Assembly (NCBI GenBank): GCA_963825865.1
Contig: CAWGVG010000057.1
Location: forward strand, 32,001-96,000
DNA length: 64,000 nt
Reading direction: 5' to 3'
Source of the DNA: an uncultured Nitrososphaeraceae archaeon
GTDB lineage: Archaea > Thermoproteota > Nitrososphaeria > Nitrososphaerales > Nitrososphaeraceae
The translations under genes and the position numbers were made by a program. Position 1 is the stretch's first letter. The number at the start of each line of letters is the position of its first letter. Shown one piece after another: positions 55,008 through 64,000 of this stretch. The notes below the pieces were generated by a model. That model saw only the letters and a program-made list of their open reading frames with translations, was not told the DNA's origin and ran no database searches.

Positions 55008-56217
55008 ACAGCTATGTAAACACACGCGTAGTTATTTTCTGTAAACTATGACTAGTTATGTTCTTGTGCGTGTTATTATAATCCTCGGTCCAATCCGATA
55101 CTGCCTGTCCTATATCAGACTCATTTCCAAATGTACTGTTATCGATGGCTTTCCTTTGCATCCACATCCATCTTACCTCTATCATATTGAGTTCTGGCGA
55201 TTTTGTAGGAAGGAACACAGGCACTATTCTTGGATGATGGTGTGCTAACGCTTCTCTTGTCTTCTTGGATTTGTGTATTATGGACGCGTTGTCAAGTACC
55301 ATGAATATTCTTTTGATGCTTGAATCATAGACTGAATCCACTTTATTCATGAAATCGATGAACTGATTACTTTTCTTCTGTTGTTGGTAGCAGTGCGTTA
55401 ACAACATTCTATCGTTTGTATAATCGTAAATGCCAAACACGTTCAACAAACCTTTTACTTTCTGATCATGTTCTATTTTGGTCTGAGTAGAACACCATGA
55501 AGAACCACCATATGTTTTAGCTGCTATGGGTCCTTTTTCATCCTGAAATAACAGGTACCTGAATATGCATTGGAGTTATTCTTCAGCTCTTCAATATGCT
55601 TTTTTTAAATCATAATCTGGGCCTTTGCTTTTACTACCTAGAACAATCTTGGAATGTCTCCACTCAATACCGTGTTTTAAAAGTACATTTCTTATTTCAG
55701 CATGACTAATGCTACCAACTATTTTCTTTTCCATAACGTACCCTGCTAGAACACGTAATGACCATGTAGAGAATTTCAATCCTAGTTCCCTCGGGTTAGC
55801 CGATGCTATACTTACAATCTCGTTTTCTATATCATCTGTTATATTTAGAGCATCATGATCATGTTTCCTTGATGATGATACAATGCCATCAATAATACCA
55901 TGACCGTTGAATCTGTGTATCCATTTACGTATGTTATATTATCATGATGATTGGTTTTCCTTCTTATCTCAGGTACCGTATATCCTTCATTCCGTAGAAG
56001 GATAATCTTGGCTCTATAACCTGCACCCTTACTACTATCGTCGTCAATCATGGCGTATAGTCTGTTCTTTTCTTCTTCAGTGATATCTCTGAGATAGGTC
56101 GGTCTCATAAAATCTTAGAATAACATGTCAGCTAAAGTTATTACTACAAAAATAAGCTTGCTGATTCAATCATAATGTCTTTACAACATTAACATACAGA
56201 CCGTTTTACAATGCTGT
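55008..56217 (-). mobile_element. IS630-family element with a fragmented transposase, TA-flanked IRs
   Basis: Ends TA|acagctatgtaaa and tttacaatgctgt|TA. Motifs RAKIILL, WSLRVLA, FQDEKGP, VLDNAS, FLPTKSPELNMIE. Confidence 0.88.
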
Positions 56218-56457
56218 TAAGTAACTGATTTCGTCTAGATAAGCAAGTGTATATAATCTTATCACTAACTGACAATATAGGTCAAACCTAAAACTGGAAG
56301 TCGAACAATACCTTGGACAGTAAAAATAGTTACATTGATGGAATAATTTGAAAATTTCTGCAGTCTGTAGGTCTACGCTTTTTTAATCTTAACTTAATTC
56401 TAATTATAAACCGTATTTTTATAGTCAATATTACAGTCTAAGTCGGGGCTTATTCGA

Positions 56458-57739
56458 TTGAAGTTCGAAAAACTTACGCTTATAATGTTGCTTGCTTTTG
56501 GAATACTTCTTTCTGCTATTTGGACTAATTTCGCATACATTAATGTCGCATATGCACAAGTATCGCCGAGTGTACAATCTCCAGCTGCTCCTCCTGTAAC
56601 AACAGGTAATAATGCTGCAGCTCCTTTTTCGTTACCTTCAATGAAGCCAGATAATAACGTTACAATAGCAAAATCTGGCCCGATTGCTGTTGCAGGTCCA
56701 GACCAAATAGTCAAAGAAGGTTCAACAGTTACTTTGAACGGTTCTCAAAGTGTGGATCCCTATGGTATCATTTTATCTTACTCATGGAGGCAAATTCCAA
56801 CAAATCATATCATAACCTTAAATGGTGCGGATACACCCGTCTGGTCATTTACCGCACCAAAGGTATCATCTGATACTACATTTACATTTGAATTGACAGT
56901 TACCGATAACAATGGCACAACTAATAATAGAACTGTAAATGTTCTTGTTAAGCATTCTCCTTCTACAAGTGATCAACTAGCACCGCCACCGTCAATTGCA
57001 GGCGTTGTTCCCCCGCAAACACCTCTTACAAATAACCCTCAACCAATTGAAGGTACCACTCCAACCCCAATAGTTAATGGAAATTCAACAAATAATCCAC
57101 CAATTGTGCGTATTAACCCTCAACCAATTGAAGGTACCACTCCAACCCCAATAGTTAATGGAAATTCAACAAATAATCAACTAGCACCGCCACCGTCAAT
57201 TGCAGGCGTTGTTCCCCCGCAAACACCTCTTACAAATAACCCTCAACCAATTGAAGGTACCACTCCAACCCCAATAGTTAATGGAAATTCAACAAATAAT
57301 CAACTAGCACCGCCACCGTCAATTGCAGGCGTTGTTCCCCCGCAAACACCTCTTACAAATAACCCTCAACCAATTGAAGGTACCACTCCAACCCCAATAG
57401 TTAATGGAAATACTCCTCCTGTAAAGAATATTAGTGAACCGCTAGTGGCCAATGCTAATCCTGATAAGATAATTAACAAGGGTAGCATCGTTACATTAGA
57501 TGGAACCCACAGTACCTGGTACTATCGCATCTTACTCATGGAAGCAAATTGGTGGGAAGTCTGTGAAGTTAGTAAGCGCTGATGCTCTAAAGTCAACGTT
57601 TATCGCTCCAAGTGTAAAAAAGGATTCACCACTGAAATTTATGCTTACCATAGACGACGGCAAAGGCAAGACTGCTACCGTTGCTGTAAATGTCCTAGTT
57701 CTCAAGGACAGCAGCAAATCAACTCATTCAAAAGGATGA
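56458..57739 (+). CDS. secreted/surface protein with two PKD-like domains separated by Pro/Thr/Asn-rich repeats (frameshift near 57510)
   Basis: Signal peptide, AVAGPDQIV..VTLNGS..DP.G.I.SYSW.Q, FELTVTDN; second PKD-like domain ASYSWKQ...FMLTIDDG. Confidence 0.85.
56974..57411 (+). repeat. intragenic 123-bp (41-aa) tandem repeats plus a partial unit
   Basis: QLAPPPSIAGVVPPQTPLTNNPQPIEGTTPTPIVNGNSTNN units start at 56974, 57178 and 57301, with a half unit near 57115-57177. Confidence 0.93.
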
Positions 57740-57853
57740 ACAGTTGATGACAAGTATAATCAATACAGAATCTGAAAGGTCTCTAAAATCTTCATTTTTA
57801 TTATGTCTACCACAACTTATTTGTATATTATATACGATATAGTGTTCTTTTTT

Positions 57854-58618
57854 TCATGTTTTTGAAATCATATCTGATAAATCGATATCAAAGAAGGCCT
57901 TCAATATTCCAATATATGTTTCGACTGGAGGAGGAATTTTCTCTTCGCAAGCAACTCCCATATTCCATGCATTTATCCAAATTATCATACTCTGAAGCAT
58001 ATTTACAAATCTGAGATATTGGGTTGGAACAACTTCCAATGCATCAATATATTTTTCAGCAAGCAACCATGAAGCAGTAAAATCCATGCATGGATTTCCA
58101 TATATTGCTTCAATTTGCTCTTTTATATTCTTGGCGTATTTGAATGGCTTTTGACAGATAAAAAAAGGAAAATCGGATTTGTTAGGCAGCATCAAATCAG
58201 GTGGAGACCATACTGTTATAAGACGAGCACCGTTTTTCAACTCATCCTCAAATCTGTTGATCATTTGAAGAACGATATCTGGATCTGTAAACCAGAACAG
58301 CAGAACAGTTGCATTTGAAATAGCAGCTTTTCTAATGTCATCGTTAATTACTTCAGCGTTCATTATACCTTCAATTTTTTTATGTGCTTTAATTGCTATT
58401 GTCTTTCTGATTTCAATTCCAACAGATCTTTTTACTTTGAATTCTTTAGCAGCTATTGTAACGGCATTGTTATTTCCACATCCAAGATCGTAGAACATAT
58501 CTGTTTCGCGAAGATCGGCAAGCCTAAATATTTTTCTAACTACATTATCAGGAACTGAAATATCTTCGCCTTTTACTACTGATTGAGGCAATGATGATAA
58601 GAATTCCGTGATTTTCAA
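57854..58618 (-). CDS. class I SAM-dependent methyltransferase
   Basis: FYDLGCG, VGIEI, NDDI. Confidence 0.8.
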   Translation of the reverse strand: MKITEFLSSLPQSVVKGEDISVPDNVVRKIFRLADLRETDMFYDLGCGNNNAVTIAAKEFKVKRSVGIEIRKTIAIKAHKKIEGIMNAEVINDDIRKAAISNATVLLFWFTDPDIVLQMINRFEDELKNGARLITVWSPPDLMLPNKSDFPFFICQKPFKYAKNIKEQIEAIYGNPCMDFTASWLLAEKYIDALEVVPTQYLRFVNMLQSMIIWINAWNMGVACEEKIPPPVETYIGILKAFFDIDLSDMISKT

Positions 58619-58703
58619 TGATATTTTTGTCCCACTGCGATTATAACAATCAACGAATTGATACTAACATTATTTATTGGATATATGTAATAAATATGTC
58701 ACC

Positions 58704-59022
58704 ATGAACGAACAAACAATACATGCAGAGATAAGTGTTATACCTATCGGAACAATCTCAGGAACGAGTATGAGCAAAGAAATCGCTGCCTGCCTTTGAT
58801 GCTATTCGTAGAATAAAAGACTTGAAGGCTATGCTTACACCCATGGGAACTCAGATAGAAACAAACAATTTTGCTAATATCCTAGCTGCAATTGAAGCTG
58901 CCCATCTAGCTGTTCGATCAGGTGGTGCAAAGAGAATAATAACAACAATCAGAATAGATCAAAGGTTAGATAAATCAATTAGTCTACAGAAAAAGATAGA
59001 TTCTGTAATGGAAAAATTATAG
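58704..59022 (+). CDS. MTH1187/YkoF-like thiamine-binding protein, frameshifted near 58790
   Basis: AEISVIPIG...TSMSKEIA, then LTPMGTQIE...RIITTIRIDQRLDK. Confidence 0.85.
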
Positions 59023-59241
59023 CGTCCAATAGAATTGATTGATTATTAGTCAAACTTAAATTGAAATCGACTAGATAATGACCTGCTACTGTCAAAAGAA
59101 TGGTCGGAAAAGTACTACATTATAGAAAAATGACATGATCAGTTGAGGAGATAAACTTTCTGATGCATTACAATAGTGACGAAAACAATTCTGTATACAA
59201 TATTATAAAATTACATTACGAAGCAGCGATATGAGAGGTCG

Positions 59242-59550
59242 TTATACTTCTATATATAGAGTGTCATTGTCCACATTAACTTTAAAAGACTCCTCTGGAT
59301 TTAATTTTTGCGGGAACCAGATTAAATTGCCTGTTGTGACATCCCACTTCGCACCATGCCAAGGGCATGTTAGTTCCTTGCCGCTAAGTTCACCTTCATG
59401 AAGTTCGGCTCCAGCATGATTGCAAATATTGTTTATTGCGTAGTAATTTCCTCCTACATTTGCAACTAGAATTTCCTTTCCAGCTGCTGTTACATGAGTT
59501 AATTTTCCTTCAGTAATGTCAGAAGTTTTTCCTACAACAATTTTTGCCAT
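59242..59550 (-). CDS. Rieske [2Fe-2S] ferredoxin
   Basis: CNHAG and CPWHG motifs. Confidence 0.93.
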   Translation of the reverse strand: MAKIVVGKTSDITEGKLTHVTAAGKEILVANVGGNYYAINNICNHAGAELHEGELSGKELTCPWHGAKWDVTTGNLIWFPQKLNPEESFKVNVDNDTLYIEV

Positions 59551-60008
59551 AAAAATGATATCAAAATGCCATATTTTAAGATCTCATTTATCAAATACTA
59601 CTCCATTTCACATGATGTAAAAATCATTGTTCTAGAAACTACCTGCAACCTAGTATATGTGATTGATAACAGTCGATTTCTCTCATTGTATAAAAATGCA
59701 CTATTACTTCAACAACAAAATAGCCCATTGCTTATGCCTAAGCATTCTAGTCCATGTTTACTAATTTTTACTTTTGCATAATCACATATACTGCTGATCT
59801 TTCCCTTATCTTACCAAAATCATAACATACGAGAAATCGATTAAAGTAAAGAATTTCCATACCGCGTTGTTTTATATAACATTCATTTTCTGTTTGTTAT
59901 TTATATGTCTAATTACTACGGTTTATCGGGATAGATAGAAAATTAATATTCATTAATTTTCGTTACCATCTAAAGTATAATTATCGATAGGTGATTTTTG
60001 TTGTTGTT

Positions 60009-60752
60009 TCATTTAATCTCAAATGAATCCATCATTTTTTTTATAATTGGGATGAAATCAGAGTATTTTGATGCTTCCGCAGTATAACTGATGATAAATC
60101 CTTTATCGCCTTTCACTGTCAAAACCTCCATAGCCTTAATAATATCTTGTTCATCTCTATACTGGTATACTATTTTCTGTGCCGGGTTGTCTGCAAGTGT
60201 AGTCTTTTCATCTGATTCTGACTTGATAAAATCAAAATCTGGTAATTTTTTTGTTAGTAAGGAAGTAAAATATGAAAGAATGAATCCGCGCAGCAATATT
60301 TTTTGGGAATCTGATTTATCAAAAAATGTAGTAAATTGATCCAACATATTGTGAGGAGGTAAATTATGGACTGATATGTGAATAGTGGCTAAATCGTTTT
60401 GTAAAGGCTTCTCTGATGGCGATTTGAATTCGACAACAGCTTTATCATGATCTCCTTTAAAAGTTACAGGTTCTATTTTGTTCCAGTTAGTAGGGTACTT
60501 TATTGTTATTCCATAACTAGGATTTTCATATTCCAAGAAATTGCTTTTAGATTCCTTATTAGCTGTCTGCGCTACAGTTTTAGATTCCTTATTAGCTGTC
60601 TGCTTATTATCTGTCTCTGCCATTGCGTGTTGAGGAATATACAGCAATACGGTACTAGTTAATAATGAAGAAAATATCAATAATGCGAACAGAATAACAA
60701 AATATGATGATGAATGTTTAATAATTTCTCTCAGTTTTTGTTTTACACTCAT
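60009..60752 (-). CDS. exported PsbP-like protein
   Basis: Signal/TM helix, YENPSYGITIKYPTNW, TTLADNPAQKIVY, KMMDSFEIK; short QTANKESK duplication. Confidence 0.8.
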   Translation of the reverse strand: MSVKQKLREIIKHSSSYFVILFALLIFSSLLTSTVLLYIPQHAMAETDNKQTANKESKTVAQTANKESKSNFLEYENPSYGITIKYPTNWNKIEPVTFKGDHDKAVVEFKSPSEKPLQNDLATIHISVHNLPPHNMLDQFTTFFDKSDSQKILLRGFILSYFTSLLTKKLPDFDFIKSESDEKTTLADNPAQKIVYQYRDEQDIIKAMEVLTVKGDKGFIISYTAEASKYSDFIPIIKKMMDSFEIK

Positions 60753-60849
60753 GGAGTAATAATAATTTCCTTTGTCTACCTAAATATAATGCCTTGCTTA
60801 ACATGGTTAACTTTATAATATCTGCAATTATCCATTAATCTATTCGCCA

Positions 60850-61194
60850 ATGTCTGGTTCTGAAGCATCATATAGAGACAGAATTTACATTGTTAAAGAT
60901 GTAATCCTGAAACTTATAGAATATGGTGAACTGAATCAGACTACCTTAGTAAGTTTTTGTGGGCTGAATTTGAAAAAACACAAATCTATTCTTGACGATT
61001 TGGAATTAAATGAGTTAATAGCTAAAAATGAGATACCAATTGGAAAAAGAACAGTTACAGTTTATAAAGCTGCACAGAAAGGAATCGAATTTTGCAGAAG
61101 CATTTTAGAACCATATGAGAAAATGTTTCCTAGACGAAAGAGTGTTTTTGAAAATAAACCAGATGAAGAAAGGGAGCTAGCTCAACATTCTTAA
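60850..61194 (+). CDS. winged-helix transcriptional regulator
   Basis: YRDRIYIVKDVI, LNQTTLVSFCGLN, YKAAQKG. Confidence 0.8.
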   Translation: MSGSEASYRDRIYIVKDVILKLIEYGELNQTTLVSFCGLNLKKHKSILDDLELNELIAKNEIPIGKRTVTVYKAAQKGIEFCRSILEPYEKMFPRRKSVFENKPDEERELAQHS

Positions 61195-61634
61195 TCTTGA
61201 TGATAATTGTTGCCTAAACTGTTATCTAATCCATATTGTGATGCAATTGTTTTATCTATCTCTTGTTTTTCCTTTATATATTCATTATATCTTTTATTCC
61301 AAGAACCAATTAGGCGATATTGTCTAATTCCTGTTATAAGCCATATTAAAGAGATAATAATAACTGCACCTAATAATATACTAAGAACAAGACCAAATTC
61401 ATTTTCTATTTCAAGAATGGCAAAGAATGAGGGATTCCACATTAGGTAGACAGAAAGCGCTATTGCAAGAGGCGCTAGGACCATGGCAGAAATGGAAACT
61501 CCACGAAGGGTTTTTCTTACTTGAAATATTTGTTCTATAAAGTCATCAACTATACTTAGCACATCGTGACGAGATGTATTGAGCCTTTTTCTTTCATCAG
61601 CATATTTGCTCATACGACAATAAGGTAATGCCAA
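61191..61634 (-). CDS. hypothetical membrane protein (2 TM)
   Basis: Two hydrophobic helices and a C-terminal coiled-coil-like segment. Confidence 0.7.
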   Translation of the reverse strand: MALPYCRMSKYADERKRLNTSRHDVLSIVDDFIEQIFQVRKTLRGVSISAMVLAPLAIALSVYLMWNPSFFAILEIENEFGLVLSILLGAVIIISLIWLITGIRQYRLIGSWNKRYNEYIKEKQEIDKTIASQYGLDNSLGNNYHQD

Positions 61635-61838
61635 CTATCTTATATAGATAGTGATTAACAAAGTTAATTTAGATCAATTAGTCAAGAAAAATTGCACTGC
61701 TACAAAATCTACGTGTTATAAAATATTCTGAATTATGTGTATAGCAAGAGAAAATAGAAATGGAAAGTAGCACTGATGGGTAATTGTTTGTAAAACTCGG
61801 GTGGGCAGCTCTGGCAGATTCCACATATATATCCTAAT

Positions 61839-62336
61839 TTATTGTGATTCTACTACTACAGTCCCTTTCATCTCTGGGTGTATGGTACAGTAATATGTAA
61901 AAGTGCCGACTTTATTTGCAATAAAGGTAATGGTCTGAGATCCAAAATATCCTAAATTCTTTGTATGTACTTTGAATGCATCTATATTGAGATTATGGTT
62001 TGAGCTGGTGTCCTCATTAATTATATGAATGGATTCTAACTCTCCCTGTCTTAAAGTAATTGTTGGACTGTTATAACCTATTCCTATACTCCTTCTGGCA
62101 CTACTAGTGGATTGGCTAGTAAATACATAGCCGGTTTGTGGGGAATATGAAGCTTTAACGAAGGTATTTGTTGGAGCAGCAAATACTGGCGAATTACCAT
62201 TTACTGGAACTAGCGAATGTATTCCAAGGTAGACAATTATTGATACAACGACTACTGCAACACCAATTCCTAGTATCATCCATTTAGAGAGGAATTTTTT
62301 ACTTTTAGCGTTCTTTTGTTTGGTCTTTTTATTCAT
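61839..62336 (-). CDS. membrane-anchored cupredoxin (blue copper) protein
   Basis: Basic N-terminus plus TM helix, HNLNID, GTFTYYCTIHPEMKG. Confidence 0.88.
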   Translation of the reverse strand: MNKKTKQKNAKSKKFLSKWMILGIGVAVVVVSIIVYLGIHSLVPVNGNSPVFAAPTNTFVKASYSPQTGYVFTSQSTSSARRSIGIGYNSPTITLRQGELESIHIINEDTSSNHNLNIDAFKVHTKNLGYFGSQTITFIANKVGTFTYYCTIHPEMKGTVVVESQ

Positions 62337-63182
62337 GAAAAAAGTCATGCTGATAGCTAATTTAGATGTTATACTGCTATGAGTAGTTGAAAAATCGAGA
62401 TTTTCTAGGAATATATACATAATAGGACATAGCCTTATTTACTTCCTTCAGTTTCTATTAGAAGAATGATGATCTTCTATTCTATCTACTCCAATTACTA
62501 CTACTAGTAAAGATTTTGTCAAAGTTGGATAATCTACATCTGATTTTGATGATCCTCCTGAATATATTTTGACTATTGTTGCCAATCAAAATAAGAACAA
62601 TATATCGGTCAATTATAGGAAGAAATCATATAATGAATGCCGTGAAGAAATAGAACTGCCACCTAAACCTGCTAGTGCTCTAAAGTGTTCTATTAATCTG
62701 AGAAATAATTTCGCAAACCCCAATTTAAAGAACTATGAGATAAAACCAAAATCAAGTACTTTGTTACTGTTGACAGTCGAAACTTATTGAAGAATAATTA
62801 CCGGTTATAGATAATTTCGATATCAAGAATTCTAGACAGTGATTACTAAAGTATAGCAAAAAGTTAATGAAAAGGAGTCTTTAAACGCAATTCAAGTCCT
62901 GCAAATACATTTGTAGATCCAGCATATCACTACCCATCCCAAATCTTGTGAATCTAATGGCTATCCTTCCCGAGAACACAACGGCACCTGTTAGTCTTAC
63001 AACAACGGCGTCACGTGCTAAGGACAAGTAAGTAGATGTTGATGCGTTCTTTTTGTGATTGCATTTAATATTAGTCTAAAGTTTCATTTGTCTTGATATA
63101 CTGCAGTAACTGCAGTAACTGCAGGTCAACCAATTATAAAACAGAAGCAGAAATAACTGAAGATTCTATGGAGCGAAAATTA

Positions 63183-64000
63183 ATGGAAAGAACAGAAGAT
63201 TGGATGTCCCTATTGCAGCAAAACTGCATCCAGACATTGGGAACCTTAAGGTTCACATAAAGAGAGAAAGCACAATAGGATTAGGTCATCCAGTCGAGTC
63301 GGAATCACATTCTACTACCACACATTTCTTAATGATATAAAGAATTTACCACGCAATATTTACAACAATGGTGTATATATATAATCAAGGTTGTCCATAT
63401 AATAATTATCTTTCAAAACTACATATCAACAACAAAATATGAGAAGAATCTTTCAAAAAAATAGATTTTTTGGATTAAATGCAATAAAGATTACGCAAAA
63501 TGGTAGAAGTAAAGAATATGGCAACACAACTTTTAGAACAAGCCCTGTTATAGGCAGTATCTCGTTTTTTAGTGGCGATACCATCACATCACCTCCTCCA
63601 CCAACAGCTTCATCATTGAATTTTGACATCCAAATGAAAAATATTGTGATTAAAAATAAATATACGGGATTTCGAGCATACATTTGTTATAGATGCTTAT
63701 AAAATACAGTTGATCTAGTATTTGACAACGTATGCATGAAATCACTAATGTAGTTCAAAGTTCCTTCCCATATATGTAATCCTGAAGAACTTGAGGAGAC
63801 ACAAGTATGATGATGGATATTTCAAACAAGAAAAAACAGTTATAGGAAAAATTAACTAGTTTTCTAATACTGATAGTTAGTAGCGCATTCGGTCAAAGGG
63901 AAATAATATATTTAAAAAGCTGAAGAATTAGCTTCATACAAATTTAATCCACAGTATAATAAAAAAGATATGCAATAGGCCAATGAAAGGAGAGTAACGT
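63183..64000 (+). pseudogene. degraded C2H2 zinc-finger-containing gene
   Basis: KIGCPYCSKTASRHW-NLKVHIK-RKH across frameshifts, and downstream GFRAYICYRCL*. Many stops. Confidence 0.5.

Noticed and set aside
852-59022. Many split genes (DUF790, aminotransferase, npdG, coxB, alba, sod, pckA and others) read as programmed frameshifting or mass pseudogenisation
   Set aside because: The breaks are scattered small indels in otherwise intact, often housekeeping genes, with no shared slippery motif. Long-read consensus error is the simplest explanation.
62440-63060. Possible MFS transporter remnant (RALAGLGGS) or C/D-box sRNA
   Set aside because: The matches are too short and degenerate to support a call by eye.

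Overview
AT-rich archaeal chromosomal segment, very probably from a soil ammonia-oxidising archaeon (Nitrososphaerales/Nitrososphaeraceae). That assignment rests on an AOA-type heme-copper oxidase cluster with blue-copper proteins, a thaumarchaeal-type malonic semialdehyde reductase, F420-dependent NADP reductase, Alba, Spt5, uL11, eL19, eL32, DtdA, PhaE and SMC. Many genes, including housekeeping ones (alba, sod, pckA, coxB, npdG), are split by small indels, which most likely reflects long-read consensus error. True decay is also present: three IS elements with recognisable ends, two IS fragments and several gene remnants. The most notable items missed by the ORF track are: (i) a tRNA-Gln(CUG) gene at 53069-53204 with three BHB-type introns at 10/11, 21/22 and 37/38; (ii) a 305-bp near-identical blue-copper domain module at the 3' end of both coxB and the downstream cupredoxin gene; (iii) inverted repeats bracketing a radical SAM gene, one arm being the gene's own 3' end; (iv) an htpX/pspAB/pspAA locus with only a C-terminal pspA remnant; (v) a Hef-like helicase lacking its nuclease domain, divergent from a DUF790 nuclease; (vi) a membrane-anchored HD/PDE-like protein; and (vii) unannotated zinc-finger microproteins. 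No CRISPR array or rRNA was seen. All family calls come from motif recognition by eye, not from database searches.
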